Below the pieces are notes generated by a model. The model was not told the DNA's origin. It saw only the letters and a program-made list of their open reading frames with translations, and did not search any database. Shown here one piece after another: positions 52,981-61,205 of a DNA stretch of 64,000 nt; the stretch's first letter is position 1; each line of letters begins with the position of its first letter. Location of the stretch: the NCBI GenBank assembly GCA_963668425.1, contig OY764332.1, positions 188,943 to 252,942 of the forward strand, given 5' to 3'. Both the position numbers and the translations under genes were made by a program. The DNA comes from Minisyncoccota bacterium. GTDB taxonomy: Bacteria > Patescibacteriota > Minisyncoccia > Phycocordibacterales > JABAAK01.

Positions 52981-54693
52981 TTAAAAGGTATTTGTGGAAC
53001 GGATTCTTGCGTTTATGAGTGGTATAACGGATTCTTCACCGGCAATAAACACTAGGATGGATCGGCCAAAGAAGTAATAGAAAATCTCTTTTTGACTTGA
53101 CGGGTTTCGTATCACACGAACATCTTGGTTATCAATAATACGAGATTCAACAATCACATTACTTACTTTTGACTGTTGGAAGAAGTTCGGAAAAACAGCA
53201 AGGAAGGCGTTGATTGCATTCTTTTCCCAGTTCCGTATCCACACAAATGCATCACCGTATTTTTTTACTGATGCAATGAATATGCCGTTTACTTCAGTTT
53301 GTGTCAGATATTTTCCGACGAAATAGTAATCGTCAAAGGCGTTTTGTAACCCTCCTGGAAAACGCACATTGAAAGTGTCGGAAAAATCCTCAAAGCTGAT
53401 TTGCAATTCTTTTTCTTCAACCGGCTTATACGGCACATACTTTGTTATTGTGTCCTGTTCACCTTTTTTTTCTGTGATAGATTGCCATGTATCAGATAGG
53501 GCTATTGTATCTGATGTATCTACAAATACTTGATTTTCACTGTTGAGCACATCGGATACCAGAGTTATATCTGCTGTGCCGTTGCTGTTTTCGATCGGTT
53601 TTTCTGCAGGAGACAGTGCGAGGAATATAATAGAAAAAAGCAACCCGGCGAGTAGGAAAAAGACGATGGCAAGTAATAACATATTTTGTCTCCGAAGTGG
53701 CTTGTTCGGTACCGGCTCATCCGAAGAAGTGGCATATGACCGGACATCCCGTGCTTTTAATCCTATTTGTTGTAATTTTTTCTTTTTTTGCTTGAAATCT
53801 TTCCATGCGTCCTGGATTGCTCCCTTTTCAATAACTTCCTGCTGCTTCTGCTTTAGTGACTCCCTTTTTTCTTTTGTAAAAACATCTTTGGGGCGTATTC
53901 TGCCTTGGGCTCGTGCAAAAATACCCTTCCTTTCTGCTGTTGGATCGCTTGATTTTTCTGTGCTGCTTGGTGCCCTTGTATCAGGACTCTTAGTTGGCGT
54001 GGCAGGTTTTGACTGTTCTCCTTTTGGGGTACTTGCTGTACCGGAGACAGGTTTTCCTGATGGCTCTTTTTGTTGTTCTTTGGTAGCATCATGCGCTGAT
54101 TGCATGTATGCAGTTGCTCCAGAGAGAATACGAGTTATGTTTTCTTGATCGATGGATTTTGCATCGGCATTAATGGTGGATGCTTTTGGTGTTTGTGTGC
54201 CAACGCCCTGCTTTTGTTTTCCTTGGACGAAATTTTTATACCTGTCCCGCAACACCACTGACTCCTTCATGACGTCTTTAGTTTTTCTGAGATACTCTTC
54301 CTGCGCTTGTCGCTTTTCTTCTGCCTCTTTTGCTAGTATGGTGCGTAATTCGGCACCACCTTTTGTTTGTGCCATGTCTCTTGTGTCCTGATGATAGGTT
54401 CGCAAGACGGGTACCATGTACTCTTTTTTGTTTTCTTTGTCTTTTTTTGGAAGTTTTTCTGTCGTTGTGTTTTTATTTTGTATCTCTTGCTCAACGGTAT
54501 TTTTTTTGTGCTCATTTTTTTTACCCTCTCGCATAAATTCACCGGACTCATCAACAGCTGAAGCGTTAATAGACGCGAGGTCAATGGTGTCTTTTTGCGG
54601 CAGGTTTGTCGCTTTCTCATTACCTTGCAAGGAAGATGTGTCAGATTTTACTTTATTTTTATCACTGGGTATCTGTTTTTTATCTTGTGCCAT
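52981..54693 (-). CDS. hypothetical membrane protein: ~340-aa K/E/T-rich disordered N-terminus, one TM, ~210-aa C-terminal domain
   Basis: TM MLLLAIVFFLLAGLLFSIIFLAL. No recognisable domain. Confidence 0.6.
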   Translation of the reverse strand: MAQDKKQIPSDKNKVKSDTSSLQGNEKATNLPQKDTIDLASINASAVDESGEFMREGKKNEHKKNTVEQEIQNKNTTTEKLPKKDKENKKEYMVPVLRTYHQDTRDMAQTKGGAELRTILAKEAEEKRQAQEEYLRKTKDVMKESVVLRDRYKNFVQGKQKQGVGTQTPKASTINADAKSIDQENITRILSGATAYMQSAHDATKEQQKEPSGKPVSGTASTPKGEQSKPATPTKSPDTRAPSSTEKSSDPTAERKGIFARAQGRIRPKDVFTKEKRESLKQKQQEVIEKGAIQDAWKDFKQKKKKLQQIGLKARDVRSYATSSDEPVPNKPLRRQNMLLLAIVFFLLAGLLFSIIFLALSPAEKPIENSNGTADITLVSDVLNSENQVFVDTSDTIALSDTWQSITEKKGEQDTITKYVPYKPVEEKELQISFEDFSDTFNVRFPGGLQNAFDDYYFVGKYLTQTEVNGIFIASVKKYGDAFVWIRNWEKNAINAFLAVFPNFFQQSKVSNVIVESRIIDNQDVRVIRNPSSQKEIFYYFFGRSILVFIAGEESVIPLINARIRSTNTF

Positions 54694-54753
54694 ACACTTA
54701 TCATACCTTGATTTTGCGGTATGTATTGGTGATGTATATCATATACCAATGAC

Positions 54754-54781
54754 TTGTGTTGTGTAGTTATTTTGGTATACT
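54754..54781 (+). promoter_or_regulatory. putative promoter of the two-gene toxin-antitoxin-like cassette
   Basis: TTGTGT, 16 bp, (TGg)TATACT at 54776-54781. GGTATAC boxes at 54774-54780 and 54794-54800 flank the expected transcription start. Confidence 0.35.
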
Positions 54782-54808
54782 GTTTCTGATTACGGTATAC
54801 ATCTATAC

Positions 54809-55429
54809 ATGTTTCAATACAAAAAAGCAGTCCAAGTACTTAATTTTTTTGCTCGCAAGGCAGAGGAGGAGGGGGTTTCGCTGTATAAGACGAATATGCT
54901 GAAGTTGGTATACTTTGCTGACAAAAAACACCTCAGGGAATCATTGCGGACTATTACCGCGGACAGTTATATTGCAAAACAGAAGGGACCTGTGGCACGA
55001 GATACCTGCGCCCTCATTGAAACTCAGGCAGGTACTACAGAACAGGAATCGGAAACTGTGCAATATGCGAATACATTTATTATTTCTGAGGAAAAATGGC
55101 GACCATGGAATAGGAAAAAAGGTATAAAAATAATGTCAAAAAAGGAAGTTGATAAAAAGGTGCTTTCAGCGTCAGACATAGAAACACTTACTTTTATATG
55201 GAGTGTATGCAAAGCGGACTTGCGGGACTTATGGAAAAAAACTCATTTATATCCGGAAGGGAAAAAAGCAGAGGGAGGGAGGGCATGGGCGGAAATTAAG
55301 GAAGAAGAGCTTTTCAGTACAATTGAGAATGATCCACTCGGTGAGCAAACTGTTGCAGAGATTAAAAATGCTGAAGAGTTGTACCGAGAGCGGAAGGAGG
55401 CGAAAATGGCATTCGGAATAACAACCTAA
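54809..55429 (+). CDS. Panacea/DUF4065 (SocA-like) domain protein, putative antitoxin
   Basis: AVQVLNFFARKAEEEGVSLYKTNMLKLVYFADKKHLRESLRTITADSYIAKQKGPVARDTCALIE matches the K(L)xKLxYFAD...G.P(I)t...Y.A...GPV pattern of the family. Confidence 0.7.
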   Translation: MFQYKKAVQVLNFFARKAEEEGVSLYKTNMLKLVYFADKKHLRESLRTITADSYIAKQKGPVARDTCALIETQAGTTEQESETVQYANTFIISEEKWRPWNRKKGIKIMSKKEVDKKVLSASDIETLTFIWSVCKADLRDLWKKTHLYPEGKKAEGGRAWAEIKEEELFSTIENDPLGEQTVAEIKNAEELYRERKEAKMAFGITT

Positions 55430-55437
55430 ATGGCAGT

Positions 55438-55770
55438 ATGAAGGTAGGAAGTGTTATGGTCTCAAGTTTGGGTGGCAAGCAGCATAGGGCGGTCTGTGTT
55501 GGGGTGGATTCAAACGGTTTTGTTGCTCTGGTATTAGCGACATCAAAAGTAGCGAAAGTAAAAGAGCTTGCATCCCGTAGGCAAAATTTGCGTACTGCGG
55601 AATCTGTCGTTGAAGTTACGCAGGAGGAGTATCAAAGCGGTCTACATCCAGATATTTGCTCACTTACCAAACATACTTGTTTTGATTGTAATGAAATAAT
55701 TACTCATCATGTTGACTTATTACTTGAAAAAATACCCCCCCTTGTGATCCACTGCCGATGGATATTTTAG
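55438..55770 (+). CDS. MazF/PemK-like putative toxin, reading frame broken at a C7 tract (a -1 shift extends it to 55844)
   Basis: MKVGSVMVSSLGGKQHRAVCVGVDSNGFVALVLATSK... (G.hh.h......K.R..hhh......h.hh..TS) ...CFDCNEIITHHVDLLLEKI. After CCCCCCC (55735-55741) the -1 frame continues PCDPLPMDILDTIRQVIILSPEIETYTKERFKIT*, which looks like the usual MazF C-terminal helix. Confidence 0.5.
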   Translation: MKVGSVMVSSLGGKQHRAVCVGVDSNGFVALVLATSKVAKVKELASRRQNLRTAESVVEVTQEEYQSGLHPDICSLTKHTCFDCNEIITHHVDLLLEKIPPLVIHCRWIF

Positions 55771-55893
55771 ATACAATCCGACAAGTGATTATTCTTTCTC
55801 CTGAGATAGAGACATATACTAAAGAACGATTCAAAATAACATGATCATTTTCCTCCTCTTTACAATGTCTGTCGTGCAGTAGCTATGTGCATA

Positions 55894-58188
55894 TTAGTTT
55901 CGTCCGTGCCTCCTTTCTTTTTTGCCAAAAAATCCTCTATCTTTACCTCCCCTATCTCCTCCACCTCCCCTGCCCCCTCTACTATCTCCTCTGTCTCCTC
56001 TGCCCCCTCTACTATCTCCTCTGCCCCCTCTGTCTCCTCTACCTCGCCTATTGTTGTGTGATTTTTGATTTGGCGATTGAGTATGGTCAGCATTCTTCAG
56101 TACTGCATCAAAAAATGACGGATCTCTATCTTTTACACTAAGTGCAATTCGTCCATCAGGACGAACCTCTTTTACTACAACTGGCACTATATCTCCAGAG
56201 GAAACCACACTATCTACCGTATCAATTCTCTGTGGAGAGAACTCAGACACATGAATCATGCCATCTTTACTCGGTGAGAGCTCCGCAAACGCGCCAAAGT
56301 CGGTAATATTCTTGATGGTGGCATCAATTGTGTCACCAACTTCAAATGAGCGAGTCATGTCGTGTATTTTCTGTATTACTGAGGCAACTGCTTCTTTGTT
56401 GCCACTCACTGAAACTGTTCCGTCGTCTTCAATATCAATACTATCAACACCAGTATCAGTACGAATCTGCTTGATGGTTTTTCCTCCAGTGCCAATAACC
56501 ATACCGATACAGTCAGGATCAATAGTAATTGTTTCTATATGTGGCGCGTGTGGTGAAAGTGAAGTACGTGGTTCAGGTAACTCTTGCGTGATAGTTTCCA
56601 AGATGTGTAGTCGCGCATCTTGCCCTTTTTTCAGTGCCTCAGAAAGGATCGGGAGTGTGATACCTTCAATTTTTACATCCATTTGGATTGCAGTTATACC
56701 ATTTTTTGTGCCGGCGACTTTAAAATCCATAGCACCGTGATGATCTTCTGGGCCCTGTATGTCAGTAAGCAAAACGTGCTTATCCCCTTCTTGCATCAGC
56801 CCGATGGCAATACCGGCAACCGGCGCGGTAATCGGTACACCACCGTCCATTAGTGCGAGCGTAGAAGCACAAACAGAACCCATTGAGGTGGAACCATTTG
56901 ACGCGAAGCATTCAGAAACTAGACGCATTGTATATGGAAAATCATTCTGAGAAGGCAATACGTTACGTAGTGCCTTCTCAGCAAGTGCTCCGTGTCCGAT
57001 TTCTCGTCGCTTTGGACTGCCGATCCGCCCAACTTCACCCGTTGAATATGGTGGAAAGTTATAATGATGCATAAATCGCTCATCAGTTTCTGGGTCTTCA
57101 ATAGTGTTCAGTGATAACGCGTCTCCCGGACTGCCGAGCGTTAATGCAGTAAACACATGTGTGCCTCCTCGGTAAAAGATACCGCTGCCGTGCAATCGCG
57201 TGGACATACCACCAGCTTGTGCATATAGTGGCCTTACTTCGTCCATACTTCTTCCGTCGACACGCCGGCTATTTTTGACTGCCTCACTGTGTACCAGAGC
57301 ATCAGTCATCTCCTCAAAATATGAATCGGTGACCTTTCTTTCGTCAGGGATGCCTTTTTCCTCAAGGAGTTTCATCCATTCTTCCTGTACTGAGCCCAAA
57401 CTCATTTCAGAAGAAAACATTGCCTGCTCTATTTTTGGGCGGATGATGGTATCAAAAATTTGTTTTGCCTCGGCGGACAGTTCGGTGACGGAAATTTCTT
57501 TTTTCTCCTGTCCGACCTGTGTGATGATATCTTGCTGAAATTTTTGTAAGTCGGCAAGTGTGTGCACTGCCTGTTCGCTGACCTGCATAATCTGTTCTTC
57601 TGAAACCTCTTTACCCTCCATCTCTATCATGGTGATTGTATTTTCTTTGCCGCACAAAAGAATATGGTCGGTTAGATCTTTTGCTTCTTCAAAGTTGGTG
57701 AATGGTTGCCAGTTATTCGTGGTTTGTGAAAACCGAACAGCGGATATCGGTCCGTTCCACGGGATAGATGAGGTGCCGAGTGCAAGCGATGCTCCAATGA
57801 CCGCAAGTACATCGGGGTTGTATGAGCCGAATGAAAGTACCATTGCCACAACCTGTACTTCTTTGTGGAGTTCCTTCGGGAAGAGAGGGCGGATGGTTCG
57901 GTCTATAATCCGTGCGTTCAGCACTGCTTCCTGTGATGGTCGCCCTTCCCGTCGCACAAAGCGACTACCTAATATCGCGCCGACTGAGTAGAATCGCTCT
58001 TCAAACTCAACAGAGAGTGGAAAATAATTTTGTGTTGCTTCATGTTCTGACATAGTTGCTGATACAAACACAACTGTATCTCCTGCTTCTATAAAGACAG
58101 AGCCGCCGGCATTTTCGGCGAGGTTAGTGAATGTTGCAGTTATGGCAACATCGTTGATTGTTGTAGTAAAGGATTTTTTTTGTTGCAT
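55894..58188 (-). CDS. pnp: polyribonucleotide nucleotidyltransferase (PNPase) with RGG-rich C-terminal tail
   Basis: Two RNase PH domains (...GRPSQEAVLNARIIDRTIRPLFP..., ...REIGHGALAEKAL...), KH (IGMVIGTGGKTIKQI) and S1 (VGDTIDATIKNITDFGAFAEL) domains, then NNRRGRGDRGGRGDSRGGRGDRGDSRGGRGGGGDRGGKDRG. Confidence 0.93.
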   Translation of the reverse strand: MQQKKSFTTTINDVAITATFTNLAENAGGSVFIEAGDTVVFVSATMSEHEATQNYFPLSVEFEERFYSVGAILGSRFVRREGRPSQEAVLNARIIDRTIRPLFPKELHKEVQVVAMVLSFGSYNPDVLAVIGASLALGTSSIPWNGPISAVRFSQTTNNWQPFTNFEEAKDLTDHILLCGKENTITMIEMEGKEVSEEQIMQVSEQAVHTLADLQKFQQDIITQVGQEKKEISVTELSAEAKQIFDTIIRPKIEQAMFSSEMSLGSVQEEWMKLLEEKGIPDERKVTDSYFEEMTDALVHSEAVKNSRRVDGRSMDEVRPLYAQAGGMSTRLHGSGIFYRGGTHVFTALTLGSPGDALSLNTIEDPETDERFMHHYNFPPYSTGEVGRIGSPKRREIGHGALAEKALRNVLPSQNDFPYTMRLVSECFASNGSTSMGSVCASTLALMDGGVPITAPVAGIAIGLMQEGDKHVLLTDIQGPEDHHGAMDFKVAGTKNGITAIQMDVKIEGITLPILSEALKKGQDARLHILETITQELPEPRTSLSPHAPHIETITIDPDCIGMVIGTGGKTIKQIRTDTGVDSIDIEDDGTVSVSGNKEAVASVIQKIHDMTRSFEVGDTIDATIKNITDFGAFAELSPSKDGMIHVSEFSPQRIDTVDSVVSSGDIVPVVVKEVRPDGRIALSVKDRDPSFFDAVLKNADHTQSPNQKSHNNRRGRGDRGGRGDSRGGRGDRGDSRGGRGGGGDRGGKDRGFFGKKERRHGRN
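55970..56040. repeat. 30-bp-period tandem repeat encoding the RGG tail of PNPase
   Basis: CTGCCCCCTCTACTATCTCCTCTG at 55970-55993 and 56000-56023, with a partial third copy. Confidence 0.75.
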
Positions 58189-58209
58189 ATAGTGCTAGTA
58201 AGTATATTA

Positions 58210-58716
58210 TTAACGATTGCGAATAAGGTATTTCTTAGAGGCGCATAAATCTACAAAGTCATCAGCGGATTCCTGCAATCTTTGTGAGCAGGTCTTGCCG
58301 AATGCGACCACTTCAACCTGGCAGCCAAACTTTTTGACATATTCAAGTGCTGGCACAAAGTCGCCATCACCGGAAACCAGTGCGATGACATCCAACTTTG
58401 GAGCAAGACCGATCATATCAACCGCAAGACCAACATCCCAATCTGCTTTTTTTGCATTATCTTTGAAGACCTGCAGTTCTTTACTCTTGGTCTCTATCCC
58501 CATATTCACCAACGCATCAAGAAAGGCGGCTTCATCACCAGATTCGGTGTGTATCACATATGCGATTGCGCGAATAAGTGTGCGGCTGGCTACAATATTT
58601 TTCACAACGGCTTCAAAATTTACACGCGCACCATACAGGTTTTTTGCGCTGTGGTAAAGATTTTGTACGTCTAAAAATATGCCGACCCGCTGGTTAGCGT
58701 GTTTGATGATTACCAT
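58210..58716 (-). CDS. NYN-domain (LabA/DUF88-like, PIN-related) protein
   Basis: VGIFLDVQNLYHSAKNLYGARVNF...IALVSGDGDFVPALEYVKKFGCQVEVVAF. Confidence 0.8.
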   Translation of the reverse strand: MVIIKHANQRVGIFLDVQNLYHSAKNLYGARVNFEAVVKNIVASRTLIRAIAYVIHTESGDEAAFLDALVNMGIETKSKELQVFKDNAKKADWDVGLAVDMIGLAPKLDVIALVSGDGDFVPALEYVKKFGCQVEVVAFGKTCSQRLQESADDFVDLCASKKYLIRNR

Positions 58717-58872
58717 ATTGAAAGAAAGTTAGATACATAATGTGTTTAGAGGACCTGACTGTCGCAAGAGATATTGTAAACAGTTTGTAAAATGAAGCAG
58801 TTACATGCATTCGCTTTGATAAAAATGTGACTATAAAAATTCTGATGGTTGCTGACTGAGAAAGATTGCCAT

Positions 58873-59139
58873 CTATTTTCGTAAACCAAGTTTTTCAACA
58901 AGACCCTCGTATATTTTAGGATTTCTTCTTTTTAAGTAAGAAAGATGCTTACGTCGTTGTTCAACAAGTCCAACAAGTCCACGGCGGGAATGTTTATCCT
59001 TGTGGTTGCCTTTTAGGTGCTCGTTCACCTGTTGTATACGACTTGATACTATAGCGACCTGCACAGCAGACGACCCAGTGTCTGAGGTGTGCATCCGCCC
59101 TGTTTCAATTTGCTTTTGCTTTTCTTCTTTTGTAAGCAT
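58873..59139 (-). CDS. rpsO: 30S ribosomal protein S15
   Basis: MLTKEEKQKQIETGRMHTSDTGSSAVQVAIVSSRIQQVNEHLKGNHKDKHSRRGLVGLVEQRRKHLSYLKR. Confidence 0.92.
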   Translation of the reverse strand: MLTKEEKQKQIETGRMHTSDTGSSAVQVAIVSSRIQQVNEHLKGNHKDKHSRRGLVGLVEQRRKHLSYLKRRNPKIYEGLVEKLGLRK

Positions 59140-59180
59140 GCATATAGTATACAGGTTGAATGAATGCTCTGCAATAGAGC

Positions 59181-59211
59181 AAAAGAAAAGCCACGGCTGA
59201 GAAGCCGTGGC
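59181..59211 (-). terminator. rho-independent terminator (minus strand)
   Basis: GCCACGGCT-gaga-AGCCGTGGC (59190-59211). On the minus strand it is followed by TTTTCTTTT, 15 nt after the stop at 59226. Confidence 0.7.
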
Positions 59212-59225
59212 GTTAAAGAAAGATC

Positions 59226-59903
59226 CTATTGCAAAACGTCATTAAAGTGCATACTCACCCCTAGCCACATTTTTGACCTTTGCTTGTCGGTCATGGTGCT
59301 AAAGGTGAGCTTGTAGAACTCCATCTCCTTGGACAATGTCCCGGTTACAGTTGAGGTTTCTCCCTTCCAGACATTGACACCCAGGTTGCACGTCAGTATG
59401 TCTATTGAGACACCGACTCTAACCAAAAACAGTGATGTGTGAAGAGGGTTGTAATTATAGCCCCCGCTTATCCTTCCTTCCATCACTCTTCCTATCACTC
59501 TCCATTTCTTTACGACACTTAAGGACGAAGCAAGGTAATTCATTCCCTGCCCCTCCTCACCATCCATTACTTCAAGGACATTTTCTACTTCTACGGCGAT
59601 ATTGGTGCCGTATGTTCTTTTGAGGGCATTTGACCCTCGGAGCCCTTGAGACATTTCCCCTTCATAGGAGGAGTAACCGATGAGATCAACCCTCCCTAAT
59701 AGGAAGCTGGAAAATGCCTCCCCATCTACCTGCAGTCCCATACTTGTCTGCATGGACTGCTTTTGCACCTCAATTGGGTACTGTGGGTGCATAGAGCTGG
59801 ACCTTATTCCGATCCCTATACCTGTCCCTATACCTGTGGTTTGAGATTGAATGTCTGTTGCCACAAATGCCGTTATTATTAAACAAAAAAGTATTTGTTT
59901 CAT
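59226..59903 (-). CDS. hypothetical secreted beta-rich protein
   Basis: GGAGAGAGAA-ATG SD at Met27 (59903). Signal peptide MKQILFCLIITAFVATDIQSQ, followed by TGIGTGIGIGI. Confidence 0.55.
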   Translation of the reverse strand: MKQILFCLIITAFVATDIQSQTTGIGTGIGIGIRSSSMHPQYPIEVQKQSMQTSMGLQVDGEAFSSFLLGRVDLIGYSSYEGEMSQGLRGSNALKRTYGTNIAVEVENVLEVMDGEEGQGMNYLASSLSVVKKWRVIGRVMEGRISGGYNYNPLHTSLFLVRVGVSIDILTCNLGVNVWKGETSTVTGTLSKEMEFYKLTFSTMTDKQRSKMWLGVSMHFNDVLQ

Positions 59904-60003
59904 TTCTCTCTCCTTAAAGATTTTGCTGGTATAAATTATACCATAAAACTGTATTTTTATCAAGTTACGTGTTACGTACATAATAGACGTATATACTGGT
60001 GGT

Positions 60004-60885
60004 ATGAGGTTTACTCAGGCAAAACACTTGTTTTTAGAGCACATTGAGCTTGGGCTCGGAAGATCACTGAAAACGGTAGAAAATTACGATCGCTATTTGA
60101 GTCACTTTGCTGATCTCGTCGGCATAGAACACATTGGGCAGATAACTGAGCCGGCAGTGCACACCTTTCGTCTTAAGCTTAATCGCAAAGGAGCACTTAA
60201 AAAAACTACGCAGAACTACTACCTTATCGCGTTGCGAATGTTTCTGAAATATCTTGAGACCACTGGAAGAGAATGCCTTTCACCGAATGCAGTGGTGTTG
60301 GCAAAAACCGGCACACGGGAAATAGATATTATCACTGCGGATGAATTACAGCGGCTGTTTGATGTCACGAATGGAAAAACTATACAAGAGTTGCGCGATC
60401 GTGCAATTATTGAAACCCTCTTTTCAACGGGCTTACGTGTTTCAGAGCTGACAACGCTTAAGCGGGATATTGATCTGACAGCAAAAGAGGTGGCGGTTCG
60501 TGGCAAGGGAGAGAAGGTGCGAGTGGTATTTTTTTCTGACCCTGCAATAGCGGCAATACATACCTACCGAGACAAGAGGGAGGATATGTCTCCGGCATTA
60601 TTTGTGGGACGAGATGGCAACGGACATCTTACTACTCGCACTATAGAGCGTATCATTGCTAATCGTGCACGGCAGGCGGGTATTTCAAAAAAGGTGACCC
60701 CACATATTCTTCGCCATATGTTTGCTACCACCCTTTTGTCAAATGGCGCGGATATTCGCTCGGTTCAGGAAATGCTTGGACATGCTAATATTCAAACTAC
60801 ACAGGTCTACACACACATTACCAACAAGCGACTCAAAGAGGTGCATAAAAACTTTCATCAGAAGCCGAGTGATATGAGGAAATAA
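60004..60885 (+). CDS. xerC: tyrosine recombinase XerC/XerD family
   Basis: SAM-like N-domain, then RDRAIIETLFSTGLRVSEL...HILRHMFATTLLSNGADIRSVQEMLGHANIQTTQVYTH (R..H-R-H..Y catalytic pattern). Confidence 0.85.
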   Translation: MRFTQAKHLFLEHIELGLGRSLKTVENYDRYLSHFADLVGIEHIGQITEPAVHTFRLKLNRKGALKKTTQNYYLIALRMFLKYLETTGRECLSPNAVVLAKTGTREIDIITADELQRLFDVTNGKTIQELRDRAIIETLFSTGLRVSELTTLKRDIDLTAKEVAVRGKGEKVRVVFFSDPAIAAIHTYRDKREDMSPALFVGRDGNGHLTTRTIERIIANRARQAGISKKVTPHILRHMFATTLLSNGADIRSVQEMLGHANIQTTQVYTHITNKRLKEVHKNFHQKPSDMRK

Positions 60886-60888
60886 AAA

Positions 60889-60910
60889 GGGGCAGGAATA
60901 CTCCTGCCCC
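60889..60910. terminator. GC-rich hairpin, bidirectional terminator candidate (better T-tract on the minus strand)
   Basis: GGGGCAGGA-atac-TCCTGCCCC. The minus-strand reading is followed by TTTTTATTT. Confidence 0.6.
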
Positions 60911-60934
60911 AATGCACTCTTTTATCTCTAATCT

Positions 60935-61139
60935 CTATTCGTCATCATCTGTGATAACGTCTATGAGCTCTTCAAAGGTCAGCTCTTTAAGCCTTGCCAT
61001 GATTTCTTTAGAGAGAAGTCTCTCAAGGCCATTTATTAGAGTGATTCTTAATCTTCTCTTTTTGATCATCATCAAGCGGGATTTCTTTCCCCCGCTTGAG
61101 AAAGGACTTAAAATCAATCGTAACACTCTCATCTTTCAT
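60935..61139 (-). pseudogene. small ORF split by a frameshift at an A5 run (38-aa N-part + ~40-aa C-part)
   Basis: ATG at 61139: MKDESVTIDFKSFLKRGKEIPLDDDQKEKIKNHSNKWP*. The adjacent frame continues ...RLRITLINGLERLLSKEIMARLKELTFEELIDVITDDDE* down to 60935, just upstream of the hairpin terminator. Confidence 0.25.
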
Positions 61140-61205
61140 GGCGACTTTATCTCCTTCACAATACTTATGTTGTAATTGTACCACAGAAAAAGGTATACTA
61201 CAACT

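Noticed and set aside
60004-60885. Tyrosine recombinase as the integrase of a mobile element covering 59.2-62.9 kb
   Set aside because: The sequence looks like a chromosomal XerC/XerD type. I found no flanking direct repeats, att-like sites or other mobile-element genes. The neighbouring xth gene is housekeeping.
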